This document shows, in pieces, positions 33,681 to 42,954 of a stretch of 53,817 nucleotides of DNA. Origin of the DNA: Candidatus Iainarchaeum sp. (GTDB lineage: Archaea; Iainarchaeota; Iainarchaeia; Iainarchaeales; DTGL01); the NCBI GenBank assembly GCA_026396995.1, contig JAPLVS010000079.1:1-53817 (forward strand), given 5' to 3'. The first letter of the stretch is position 1. The number at the start of each line of letters is the position of its first letter. Made by a program: the position numbers and the translations under genes. The notes under the pieces were generated by a model, which saw nothing but the letters and a program-made list of their open reading frames with translations, did not search any database and was not told the DNA's origin.

Positions 33681-36600
33681 TTATTTCGATTTCGGCTGGA
33701 TGCACTCGCCTGTCGCATTGTCGATGTATTTCTGGAGCGATTTTTCTATTATCACTTTCGGGTTCCAGAAAAAGACAGTCTTTGCGGAATTGCCGGTGCC
33801 TGCAACGCAGATGTCCTCGGCCTTGACGAGTTCGAACACTTTTTCGACTGAATCGATGCTGCCGTCATATACTCCATTGAGCATCACAGTCGTGCCGCCT
33901 GCCGTGGTCGGCGCAATGAACGAGGCGCTGTCCTGGCTGTCTGTAAGCTCGATTGTGGATTCCGAGCCCTGCGGCGTGAACAGCACTGTCTTCAGGAAAA
34001 CGCTGCCCTGCCTTGTGACCTCGCACCATTCAAGGCCGTAATCGCTTTTCCTCTGTGTCGGCGAGCAGGACTGCTCGCTTGAAATGCCGCCGTGCATGTC
34101 CTTCCTGTTCATGTAAGTTTCAACTATTTCATTATCGGTGAAATCCTTGCAGCCCCTGACTATTCCAGTCCAAGTCGTGAGATACGAGCCTGTTATCTGG
34201 GGTTCGCCGTCAACTGTCATCGAATAATACGCCCAGGCCCTGTCGGATTTCCCGCCTGAAACCTTGAGCAGGAGCGGGGTCGCATTGCTCGGGCTCAATA
34301 TTATCGTCGAATCCGAGGCGGTGTGCTCGACATCAAGGACAACGCCGCGCTTGTCGTTGTTAAGGGTGCGGAAATTGTTGTTCTCTGCTGTGTACACCCA
34401 TCCGCCCGGGAGCGGCGAACTCGGCGCAATCGTGCTTGTCCTCAGCAATTGCTTTGAATCCTCGTTTATCTGTATTGTGGCAAGCGATTCCTGCCTGTAA
34501 TTTACGCCGTAACCCTGCCTGCCGTTGCCGCTGTCCGCTCCGACCAGGCCGTCGAATGGCATGTAATAGAACGGCGAGTCCGGGTCCGGATGGCTTAACA
34601 GGTTGAGTTTCACTGTAATGACCGCATTCGGCTCTGTTTCCTTGAACAAAGACCATGAAGAATCCTTGTATTCTATTTCAATCCTGACCTGATATTTTCC
34701 GCTCCTCAGATAGCCTGATTCAGGCCTCAGGAACGAAGAATCGAATTTCAGCAATTCAGGGTTCTTGAAATATTTCCACAGCCCTGTGTCGCCCTTATAA
34801 TAGCTCGGGGTGCCGAAGAAATCCTTTGACTGCGCGAACTCGTCGAAGTCGTTCCTGAAATCGTTTGTGTAACCGTCCATTATCAGGTTTGCCTTGAAGT
34901 TCGTGAGCTCGAGGGCCTTGCTGAGATTGGAATTGTTCGGGTTTGCAATCGAGTATTCGGCAAGCCTTGCGGTCGAATACGGTTCGCATTTTTCAGGCAC
35001 TCCTGAACCCACTACAACAGTTACATCGGCTGTGTTGTTGCCTGCATCTGTGTCCTTGCAACTGCCTGACTTGCAGGTTGAAACCTGCGGGCTTATCTGC
35101 ATGCTTGCAGTGTAAACGCCGTCAGTGAGGTTGCTGAAAGTGCAGTCTATTTCCTCCCTGCTTGTCAACTGCACTGCCTTTTCGCCGTTGGCGGCTTCAG
35201 GGCACGCTATCGGCGTTGCAGTGCCTTTTTTCGTGAGCGATATGACCGCCTTGACCGTCATTTCTGTCTGGTTGTTGCTTTCAATCGTGCCGATAACTTT
35301 TGCATTCTTTCCGTCCTTTACAACCCTTATCCTTGTAATGCCTACATCAAGGTCGTCGGTGCTCAGGTCCTGCGACTTGTCGCTTACCGCGCCCTCTATT
35401 GCCGGGCAGGCGAAAGTCTGGCCTCTCAGGAGCGTGTCAACCGCCTGGATTTTCTTTAACAGTTCTATCGAGAACTGGGTTGCATCGCAGTAAGTGCCGT
35501 CGCCTGCCTCATCGCAGGTATTGTCCTTGACATTGCTCCAGTCCCACCTGAACAAAACCTTGGGCAGGGCATTGGGCCCTGTCGTGCCTGTCATGTCGCC
35601 TATCATGCACGAAGTTTCCTGCACGACAGCCGGCTCGATTTCTTTCGCGCAATATGCGTTGAACTGCAGATGGAATTTCTGCGTGGCTCCATCCCCCCCG
35701 GTTACTGTGAGGAATTCGCCTGTCTTCAATGCCTCCGCGTCCTCTTTCTTTTTGACCTCGAACTGGGTGTTGTAATCGTATTGGTTGGTGTCGACTTTCA
35801 AAGTCCTGAAAACCGGCTTGTAGGGTTCGGCCTGCGTTAAGCCGTTGTTCTTGAAAACTATTTCTGTTTCCTCCCTTCCAAGCGGGTAATCCTTGTCGGC
35901 CTTTTTGGTTGTATCGCCTGTTTGCACAATGATCTGGCTTTCAGCCTGCTCTTCAAGGCCCATCGGAATGACAAGGTTCACTGACAAAATGTTCATGTCG
36001 GTTGCAGTGGTCACATAAGGCAGCGTCCCTTCCTGCTGCACGAAATTATAATTGTAGAGAGTGCCTGCAATCGCGCCGACTACCGCTCCCATCCACGGGT
36101 TATCGATGCCGATAAGCGAATTAATCGAACTGTTCAGGGTTCCAAGCAATGACCCGCCCAAATCCAGGAGGCTGCCGCCGGTTGAAGCCATTGCGACAGG
36201 CATGCCATTTTCCGGAACGCCCTGAGCAGAAGCGCTTCCAAGGCACTCGTGCTTTACATATGCCTCTTCCCCAATATCGTCAACATACATGTTTCCGGGC
36301 GCAGGGCAGCAGTAAATTGTTTCGCCGTTGTATGTGACTGTCTGCGGCAGAACCTCCACATTTTGCATGTGGCATGTTCCGTCAGATAAAGTGCATGTCG
36401 AGCAAGTTCCGTCGCTCGGGCATGCGGAGATAACCTCGTCACATTCTGCGCCCCCCTTGCAGAGCACTGCAGAGCATTTGTCCCGGTCTGTCAATGTTAC
36501 TGTGGTCGGTGTCCCGCTGGTGTTTGCAGTGCCTGATTCTGTGTATGGCGTAAAAATGGCCCTCCCCTCACTATCCTTAGGGAAGTGCCTGTCGCTGCCC

Positions 36601-39600
36601 ATGAGATAGCACGACATTTGCACGTTGCCTCCGCCAGACGTGTCCATTTGGCAGCAGGTTGTGTTAATTGAGCCTATTATATATGCCTGCGGGTCGACTC
36701 CCTGGCATTGCAGGCAACGGCCCCAGCATCCGTATCCTTTGCCTGTGGGGCAATAATTGCCATGGCCGCCGTCCGTGCAAACCTTGTTCTTTTCAGTCAG
36801 GCTTCCGGTTGACGTTGAAGTGCCTCCTGTTGTTGTGCCTCCGCCTGTTCCAGTGCCGGTTCCCGGGGTGTCCTTGCATTCGGCTCCGTTTGCCCCTTCC
36901 TCGCATGTCTGGTTGGGTTCGCATTTCTTGTAAGATGTTGTTGTGGTAAGGCAGCCTGCTTCCGCAGAGCAGCCTGTGTTTTCGAGGCAGCCGCCTTGGT
37001 AAGTGTCTATTACTATTTCTCCGGGTGTGCCTGAGCATCTCGGCTTTGCGCCTGCCGCAGGTTCGCCGCTCTTGCAGTTGAAGTAATAATTGCCTGAGCC
37101 TTGTTTCTCCATATCCCTGGGAGTGCATGCGGCCTTGCAGCAGGGCAATCCCTTGTTGTCTGCTGCCTGCAGCAATACCTGGTTTTCGGGATCGCAGTCT
37201 TCGTCAATGTAAGTGCAGTAAGTCCAGCCTTCGCTCTTGCATGCGGCCTGGTATTCGTCGACTTTTGCAGCGTTGTCCACGCACTTGTGCAAGCAGCAAT
37301 CTGTTCCGCCTATAACCGTGGGTGATTTTTGGAAGCATGCTTCTCCTGCCTCGCAGTGGTCATAGTTTGGGTCGCCGTCAAGCGCTGTGTTCTTGCAAAT
37401 GCTGTCAGCTTCTGTCGCCTGGCCTGTGCCGCCTCCGGCCTTGGGCTTTGCAGTGCCGTCCTCTTCATTGAACATTGATTCGCATTCCGCAGTGCAGCAA
37501 GGCAGGTCGTCATCGCCTATCTTCTGTATTTTTGCAGTGCATTCTGATGTCACGCCGTCGCAGAAGTGGTATGACGAGTCAAATGCGCTGCATGTCTTTT
37601 CGTAATAGTCAGAGTCTTCCGGGTTTGTGCAGATATGCTGGCAGCATTCAATTCCCTCGACTTCTTCTGTTTCGCCGCCAAGGCATTCCTCATTTTCCTG
37701 GCAGAAATCATATTTGGCTCCTTTGGTCATGCATGTCGTGTCTTCGGCTTCAGTTTCCTTTTCAGGCTCTGAGTATGTTGCATCCTCTGACTTTATGCAG
37801 TCCGCAGAACAGCACTTTATTCCCTTTTCCTCGTAGATTAATTCTTTTTTGTCAGGGCAGGCCCAGCCGTTCTTTTCGTTGCAGAACTTTGCGCTTTTTT
37901 CAGCGCAGGCCATCATCTGCGGTGTGTTTTCAGGCGTTTCGCACTTGCCTGTGCAGCATTTCACTCCCTCAAACCATTCGAAGTCTTCGGAGCATTCCTC
38001 GCCTTCATTGCAGTATGCGCCGCTGTTGTCCTTGCATATTTTCATGAATGCCTCTGTTTCGAATTCAGCCTGGCATTTGCCCTGGCAGCAATAAATTCCG
38101 CTTACCGGCTTTTGCTCGCCGACGCATTTCCCTGTGCCGCAGTAAGTGTAGCCTTTCTTTGTGCACAGGTCTCCCCTTACGCTTGCGCCTTTCTCGCCGT
38201 CAACGCATTCCGAAGCGCAGCATATGACATTTTTGACCTGTTTTATGTTGTCGTTCTTGCACATCATTTTGCCTGAACAGTATTCGAGGCCTGCGTTCGA
38301 GCATGTTGTTTCAGGCTTGTCTGTGCCCCAGAAGGTCTTGCCTTCAGCCATCGCATTGATGCCGCCGTAAATGAATCCGCCCAGCGCCCAGGGCCAGGAC
38401 CCAAGGAAGGCATCCCACAGGTTCTTTTCGTTGAATTTTACTTCTGCATTTATTGTCTTGGAATGGCACACGTTGATTATTTTGCCTGTGTCGAAGCCGT
38501 CGTACAGGTTGTCAGAGCAGTCCTGTATGTCGTATTCGTATTTGCTGAGCCTTATGCAGCCGTCTGTGTCGATTATTACGCTCACAAGTTTTGCGAAACT
38601 GTATTCTTTCAGGCCTGCGCCTTTCATGAAAACGTATATCGGGTATGCGCCCGGGTAATTTTCTTCGGAAAGCACTGTTATCTCTTTTGTTTCGCCCTGC
38701 TTCATCGAGAATTCTTTCTGTGGTATAGTGAGGTCGGTGTCAAGCTTTAATCCCACAGTACCGCCGCAGTTTTCTGTTGCCTCTATTGTGAACGAGCCTT
38801 CCTCGCCTTCCATGATTTTTACGAGGTCCTTGCTGAATTTCAGGCATCCAGCCATGTTCACTATTTTGATGGAAACGCCCATTGAATCGCTCAAAACCTG
38901 CGTGCCGCCTGAAGTGGCGTGCTCTGCAGTGACTGTTATTGTCGCTTCGGCTGTGCCGACAACCCCTGCGTCAGGCAGGAATGAAAGCATTCCGGTTATG
39001 TCGCTTTCCTTGTCGAGGGAACCGCGCAATAATTTCGGGTAATTGCCCCTCAATTCCACCGCAATGTCCTGTATTTTCACCCAGACATCGCCCAATTTGT
39101 TGCTTTTCCATTCTATTTTTGCAGAAATGTTTTTGAGTTCGACAGGCTGCCCTTTTACAGTGCACGAATTCGACACTTTTATGTCTGTGGCTGCCTCCTG
39201 CGATTGGATTGTTGCCTGCCATGAAGCCTTGTCCAAAGTGAAGCAGTTCGGGTCGTCCACTTCACCGCCCAATGCTATTGTTACGGTGGTGTCATTTGAG
39301 AACACCCAGGAATGGCCCATTGAGGAAACAGTGAATGTTATTTTTCCGTTGAGTGACTGGCCTGTCTCCGTAAGTTTGCCGAGGTCGCTCAGTTCGACCT
39401 TCGAGGATATCTCGAGTGTTTCCTTTGAGGCTATTTTTTTGCCAACGTATTCCGAGTACAGCCATTCGTTGGCTTTTTCCTCGTCGACAAGGCCGTCGAA
39501 TTCGCCTGTGAATTGTATGTCTGAAATAGTGAGCTCCATCTGTGTGAGGTTTGTGAGCGTGATTGTTTTAGTGTCTGGCAGTTGCTCAATGACATCGAGG

Positions 39601-42600
39601 TTGAACGCTGTTTTTTCAGGTTCTATCCCGAGCACCGAGGTGTCGACAGTTATTTCTTTTTTGAGGGCTTGGTAGTCAGGCTTTTCTGCAACAATGAACA
39701 GTTTTTCGCCTGGCACAAGGATTGGAATGGTTATGGCTGCAATGCCCAGCCCTGTTGTTGTGGTCTGTGAGAGCGTGTCCCCGAACTTGTTCTGGAGCTT
39801 GACTGTCGCGCCCGCAACCTCCAGGCCGTCGCGCAGCCTCTGCACTTTCACCTTTAATTCGTTTTCTATGCCGCTCGGCAGCGTTGGCGGCGAATCCTGG
39901 TATTCGCCATCCTTTTCGAACAATATCTTGAATTGCTCGGCTGCAAGAATGTCTATTGTGATGGATTTTTCGAAGATGTTTTCGTGCCTGTTAGGGTCGT
40001 GCAGCCTGAACATTATGGCTGAGGAAATGCTTGCCTGCGGGGTGAAGAGCAGCGTTCCTTTCACTTCCCTGCTCGGCGGCAGGTTGCCTATCGATACTTC
40101 CGGCGTTTCACTGCCCTGCGCGTTCCCGTCGACTGAAAGTTCGCCTGTGAAATTGTATGTGCCGATGGTTATCGATTCCTCGGGATTCCAGGCTTTCGCT
40201 GTCACGCCCTGGAAAGTATCGGTTTCGCTTTTGCTGTTGTTCAGGACGCTGAATGAAAGCCTGTAGGGCTTGCCGACCTTGGCCGAATATGTTTCGTCGA
40301 CAGACTGTGCCAGGTCTTCCTCTATGTCGAGTATTTTCACCGAATAGCACCATTTGTCTGAGCAAAGCGTTTCGGTGCCGACCTGGAATGTTTTCTTGTA
40401 TGCTTCGGCGTAAAGGCCTGCGGTGCTTTCGGATGTTCCCAGCGTGATGTCTGCCGGGTCCCTCAGGACAGTGGTGCCGTCTTCGGCCCATGCGCGCCAG
40501 AAAATCGGCAGTTCTGTATCGGCCTTTGCTGTGTCTTTCACTTTTATTATGAGTTCTACGTAGATTTTGCCTTTGGTGTAATTCGACCATTCGAAGTTCA
40601 TCCATTTCGAGCCGTCCGCGCTCAGGAACTGCGAGTCCGCGTTTATTCCCTGGCTTTTGTCGAAAGAAGTGCCTTTCAGGATGTCAGGGTTCCCGGGAAC
40701 CATTTCTTCCTTTATGTAAATGTGGTCGAGTTCCATTTTGCTTTCATAGCCTGTCCTTACATGCAGGCCAACCCTGTCGTATTCTGAATTGTCAGGCATT
40801 GAAAGCCTGAATTTTGCAACGTATTCCTCGCCTGCCCCGGCGATTGAAACGATTTTGCCGTTCTTGTAAAGGCCGAGGAATTCGCCTTCTATTCCCCCGC
40901 TTATGCGCATTATTTCAAGCACGAAATTGAGGTCTTTTGTGGCTGCCGGTTCGACTGTCACAGGCTGCGATACAAGCGTTGCATAGCCGTCTTTTTGCAC
41001 CACAAAAAATACGGCTTCGCCTGCAATGACTTCAAAGGAAATCGTGCCGTCCTCGTTTTCCACGATTTTCGGGCCCTCTATTTTTTTGTCGTTCTGCGCT
41101 TTTTTGACAGTGACAAAGGAATACTGCAGCGGCCTGCCATCCTCATCCACCACCCTCACATTGATTGTGCCGTTCTGGACAGTCATTGTGACAGTCAGGT
41201 CTTCCTGGGCGCCTTCCCTGACGCTGTATTCGGTTGTTTCGCTCCAGCCCTTGCTGTAGCCCCTGAAAGCGAACGCCTTGTAGGTGCCGTTCCCTATGCC
41301 TGTGAATTTGGCATAGCCGTTTATGTCTGTCACCCTTTTTGTGCCGACATAGTAGCCGTCATTGTCGAACAGCATTACAACTGCGCCCTGGATGCTATTG
41401 CCTGCCTCGTCCTGCACTTTCACATTCAGGGAACCGCCGCACTGGCTTGCAAGGCCTGTGTATTTTGTGAGGCTTATCTGCTTGACGTCATCGCCTTTTG
41501 TGAGGTCGGACAGTTTTTTCAGGCAATAGCCTTCCTTGTCTATCACAAGGTTGTATTTTGTGTCATCCCTCAGGTTGAAGGAATATTCGCCTGTGGTTGC
41601 CGTAAGGGCGCTTTCGATTTCGGCCTGGTCTTTTTTGAGTGTGAGCCTTGCGTCCTTTACTGCCGCCTTCGAGGTTGCGTCTATCACTTTCACTTTTATC
41701 TGGCCGACAATCCTGTCCTTCAAGTATAATGAGGCTGTTTTCTTGTCCCCTGCGTTCACGCTGATTGCGGCTGACTCCTCGCCTGTAAGGGTTGATGTTG
41801 CGGTGCTTTTGACCTTGTATTTTCCAGGCTCAAGTTCCTTGAACTGCACCTGCCCGCTTGAAGTGCTGTCGTTGTCTATTGGAATTGCGTCTTGTGCCAA
41901 GTCTTCGACCCTGTAAAGGCTCACTGTTATTTCTTCAGCCACGCGCTTGGCCCTTTCCTTTTCATAGAAGAGGTTGACTGTGAAGTCGCCTGTCACAGGC
42001 TCAGGGGGAATTGTCACATCGGCCTGCAGTTCTATTATGCCGTCAGACCCGACTGTGGCGTTCTTGCGCTTGTAGCCCGACATTACGACGTCGGCGGTCA
42101 GAATGCAGTTTTTTGGGATTACCGCGGTGTAAAATCCGTTTTCTATTGTCACAGAGCCTGGCGATTCAAGGTCCGGGTCTGTGCATTTGAGGACCGCATT
42201 TGCTGCCTTGCCGCTCAAAAGCCCCTTTGATTCGGAATCAACAAGCCTTATTGCCACTTCCTTGGTGGTGATTATTTCCTCAAGGGTGAAAGAAAGCGAT
42301 TTCTTTTCGGTTTTGATTTCTATATCCGAATAATATCCTTCCGAAGGCGTCTTGAACTTGTAGCCTTCCTTTTCAACGCTTACCTTTGTGATTTTGTCGC
42401 CCATGAAAACATTGAAGTCGGCGATTGTGCCGTCTTCACTTGTCTTGTAATCGTATGTCTTGCCCCCATACGTGATTAGGACTGCCGCGCCCTCAAGCGG
42501 GTTTTTGTCTGTGTCCTTTACAGTGAGCGATATGGTGCCAGGCTTCGGGGCGATGACCGGAAGGAAGAATATGACTGTAAGGTATACGAGGAGCGCGACT

Positions 42601-42656
42601 ATTATGAAAAGCAAAAGCGCAAAGCTCGGTATGACCTTGTCTATTGCATCGGTCAA
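33681..42656 (-). CDS. giant membrane-anchored surface protein, paralog 2 (2991 aa) with cysteine-rich insert
   Basis: Uninterrupted 9.0-kb ORF with a TTG start (no in-frame ATG upstream; a stop lies 18 codons upstream). N-terminal TM helix 'FALLLFIIVALLVYLTVIFFL'. Repeated units include 'GSLNVKVQDEAGNSIQGAVVMLFDNDGYYVGTKRVTDINGYAKFTGIGNGTYKAFAF'. YCDATQFSIEL is at 35460-35492 and FYYMPFDG at 34548-34574. A ~750-aa Cys-rich block spans 36105-38345. Confidence 0.9.
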   Translation of the reverse strand: MTDAIDKVIPSFALLLFIIVALLVYLTVIFFLPVIAPKPGTISLTVKDTDKNPLEGAAVLITYGGKTYDYKTSEDGTIADFNVFMGDKITKVSVEKEGYKFKTPSEGYYSDIEIKTEKKSLSFTLEEIITTKEVAIRLVDSESKGLLSGKAANAVLKCTDPDLESPGSVTIENGFYTAVIPKNCILTADVVMSGYKRKNATVGSDGIIELQADVTIPPEPVTGDFTVNLFYEKERAKRVAEEITVSLYRVEDLAQDAIPIDNDSTSSGQVQFKELEPGKYKVKSTATSTLTGEESAAISVNAGDKKTASLYLKDRIVGQIKVKVIDATSKAAVKDARLTLKKDQAEIESALTATTGEYSFNLRDDTKYNLVIDKEGYCLKKLSDLTKGDDVKQISLTKYTGLASQCGGSLNVKVQDEAGNSIQGAVVMLFDNDGYYVGTKRVTDINGYAKFTGIGNGTYKAFAFRGYSKGWSETTEYSVREGAQEDLTVTMTVQNGTINVRVVDEDGRPLQYSFVTVKKAQNDKKIEGPKIVENEDGTISFEVIAGEAVFFVVQKDGYATLVSQPVTVEPAATKDLNFVLEIMRISGGIEGEFLGLYKNGKIVSIAGAGEEYVAKFRLSMPDNSEYDRVGLHVRTGYESKMELDHIYIKEEMVPGNPDILKGTSFDKSQGINADSQFLSADGSKWMNFEWSNYTKGKIYVELIIKVKDTAKADTELPIFWRAWAEDGTTVLRDPADITLGTSESTAGLYAEAYKKTFQVGTETLCSDKWCYSVKILDIEEDLAQSVDETYSAKVGKPYRLSFSVLNNSKSETDTFQGVTAKAWNPEESITIGTYNFTGELSVDGNAQGSETPEVSIGNLPPSREVKGTLLFTPQASISSAIMFRLHDPNRHENIFEKSITIDILAAEQFKILFEKDGEYQDSPPTLPSGIENELKVKVQRLRDGLEVAGATVKLQNKFGDTLSQTTTTGLGIAAITIPILVPGEKLFIVAEKPDYQALKKEITVDTSVLGIEPEKTAFNLDVIEQLPDTKTITLTNLTQMELTISDIQFTGEFDGLVDEEKANEWLYSEYVGKKIASKETLEISSKVELSDLGKLTETGQSLNGKITFTVSSMGHSWVFSNDTTVTIALGGEVDDPNCFTLDKASWQATIQSQEAATDIKVSNSCTVKGQPVELKNISAKIEWKSNKLGDVWVKIQDIAVELRGNYPKLLRGSLDKESDITGMLSFLPDAGVVGTAEATITVTAEHATSGGTQVLSDSMGVSIKIVNMAGCLKFSKDLVKIMEGEEGSFTIEATENCGGTVGLKLDTDLTIPQKEFSMKQGETKEITVLSEENYPGAYPIYVFMKGAGLKEYSFAKLVSVIIDTDGCIRLSKYEYDIQDCSDNLYDGFDTGKIINVCHSKTINAEVKFNEKNLWDAFLGSWPWALGGFIYGGINAMAEGKTFWGTDKPETTCSNAGLEYCSGKMMCKNDNIKQVKNVICCASECVDGEKGASVRGDLCTKKGYTYCGTGKCVGEQKPVSGIYCCQGKCQAEFETEAFMKICKDNSGAYCNEGEECSEDFEWFEGVKCCTGKCETPENTPQMMACAEKSAKFCNEKNGWACPDKKELIYEEKGIKCCSADCIKSEDATYSEPEKETEAEDTTCMTKGAKYDFCQENEECLGGETEEVEGIECCQHICTNPEDSDYYEKTCSAFDSSYHFCDGVTSECTAKIQKIGDDDLPCCTAECESMFNEEDGTAKPKAGGGTGQATEADSICKNTALDGDPNYDHCEAGEACFQKSPTVIGGTDCCLHKCVDNAAKVDEYQAACKSEGWTYCTYIDEDCDPENQVLLQAADNKGLPCCKAACTPRDMEKQGSGNYYFNCKSGEPAAGAKPRCSGTPGEIVIDTYQGGCLENTGCSAEAGCLTTTTSYKKCEPNQTCEEGANGAECKDTPGTGTGTGGGTTTGGTSTSTGSLTEKNKVCTDGGHGNYCPTGKGYGCWGRCLQCQGVDPQAYIIGSINTTCCQMDTSGGGNVQMSCYLMGSDRHFPKDSEGRAIFTPYTESGTANTSGTPTTVTLTDRDKCSAVLCKGGAECDEVISACPSDGTCSTCTLSDGTCHMQNVEVLPQTVTYNGETIYCCPAPGNMYVDDIGEEAYVKHECLGSASAQGVPENGMPVAMASTGGSLLDLGGSLLGTLNSSINSLIGIDNPWMGAVVGAIAGTLYNYNFVQQEGTLPYVTTATDMNILSVNLVIPMGLEEQAESQIIVQTGDTTKKADKDYPLGREETEIVFKNNGLTQAEPYKPVFRTLKVDTNQYDYNTQFEVKKKEDAEALKTGEFLTVTGGDGATQKFHLQFNAYCAKEIEPAVVQETSCMIGDMTGTTGPNALPKVLFRWDWSNVKDNTCDEAGDGTYCDATQFSIELLKKIQAVDTLLRGQTFACPAIEGAVSDKSQDLSTDDLDVGITRIRVVKDGKNAKVIGTIESNNQTEMTVKAVISLTKKGTATPIACPEAANGEKAVQLTSREEIDCTFSNLTDGVYTASMQISPQVSTCKSGSCKDTDAGNNTADVTVVVGSGVPEKCEPYSTARLAEYSIANPNNSNLSKALELTNFKANLIMDGYTNDFRNDFDEFAQSKDFFGTPSYYKGDTGLWKYFKNPELLKFDSSFLRPESGYLRSGKYQVRIEIEYKDSSWSLFKETEPNAVITVKLNLLSHPDPDSPFYYMPFDGLVGADSGNGRQGYGVNYRQESLATIQINEDSKQLLRTSTIAPSSPLPGGWVYTAENNNFRTLNNDKRGVVLDVEHTASDSTIILSPSNATPLLLKVSGGKSDRAWAYYSMTVDGEPQITGSYLTTWTGIVRGCKDFTDNEIVETYMNRKDMHGGISSEQSCSPTQRKSDYGLEWCEVTRQGSVFLKTVLFTPQGSESTIELTDSQDSASFIAPTTAGGTTVMLNGVYDGSIDSVEKVFELVKAEDICVAGTGNSAKTVFFWNPKVIIEKSLQKYIDNATGECIQPKSK

Positions 42657-42780
42657 CTTGTTGACAGGCAGTTTTGTGCTGATTTTGTCTATTATTTCAT
42701 AATACCTGTCTTAAAGATGATAATACAGGTCTTTCAGAGAGCTTCCAAGTCCCATACATTCACCAAACCTTTATTCACTA

Positions 42781-42869
42781 ATATCAAAGGACAAAAATAA
42801 TCGCATAAATTTGTCCTTTGATAGCTATCAAAAGACATTTGGAAAATACCATTTAATGTCTTTTGATAT
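42781..42869 (-). promoter_or_regulatory. four-half-site palindromic element, copy 2 (reverse complement arrangement of copy 1)
   Basis: Plus strand: TATCAAAGGAC-N20-GTCCTTTGATA-GC-TATCAAAAGAC-N21-GTCTTTTGATA. Read on the minus strand it has the same half-site order as copy 1. It ends 125 nt upstream of the paralog-2 start codon and lies 86 nt downstream of the paralog-3 stop. Confidence 0.75.
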
Positions 42870-42954
42870 AATATTAATTAATCGCTTTATGTTTTTATTC
42901 CTTTTTCTTTTTTCCAATGCGGTTTTTTCCCTGTGTTGCTTCTTTAATCCTGCC

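Noticed and set aside
36801-36870. The Thr/Gly-rich stretch in paralog 2 could be a separate repeat or frameshift-prone tract.
   Set aside because: The reading frame is continuous through it and it encodes a plausible flexible linker (TPGTGTGTGGGTTTGGTSTSTGS). It is treated as part of the Cys-rich insertion rather than as an independent feature.
27915-41729. Numerous 60-250-aa plus-strand ORFs inside the giant genes (for example 27915-28604, 30337-30963, 39043-39675, 39694-40266, 40995-41729).
   Set aside because: They are antisense or off-frame shadows of uninterrupted 7-9-kb minus-strand ORFs. Their translations are low-complexity Ser/Cys/Phe-rich strings with no start-site context.
23219-42869. 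The two palindromic elements could be inverted terminal repeats of a 19.6-kb invertible or mobile segment.
   Set aside because: Only the 11-12-bp half-sites are conserved and the loop sequences are unrelated. No recombinase or transposase gene is present. Both copies keep the same orientation and ~125-nt spacing relative to a downstream start codon, which fits a regulatory module better than recombination ends. Inversion is not fully excluded.
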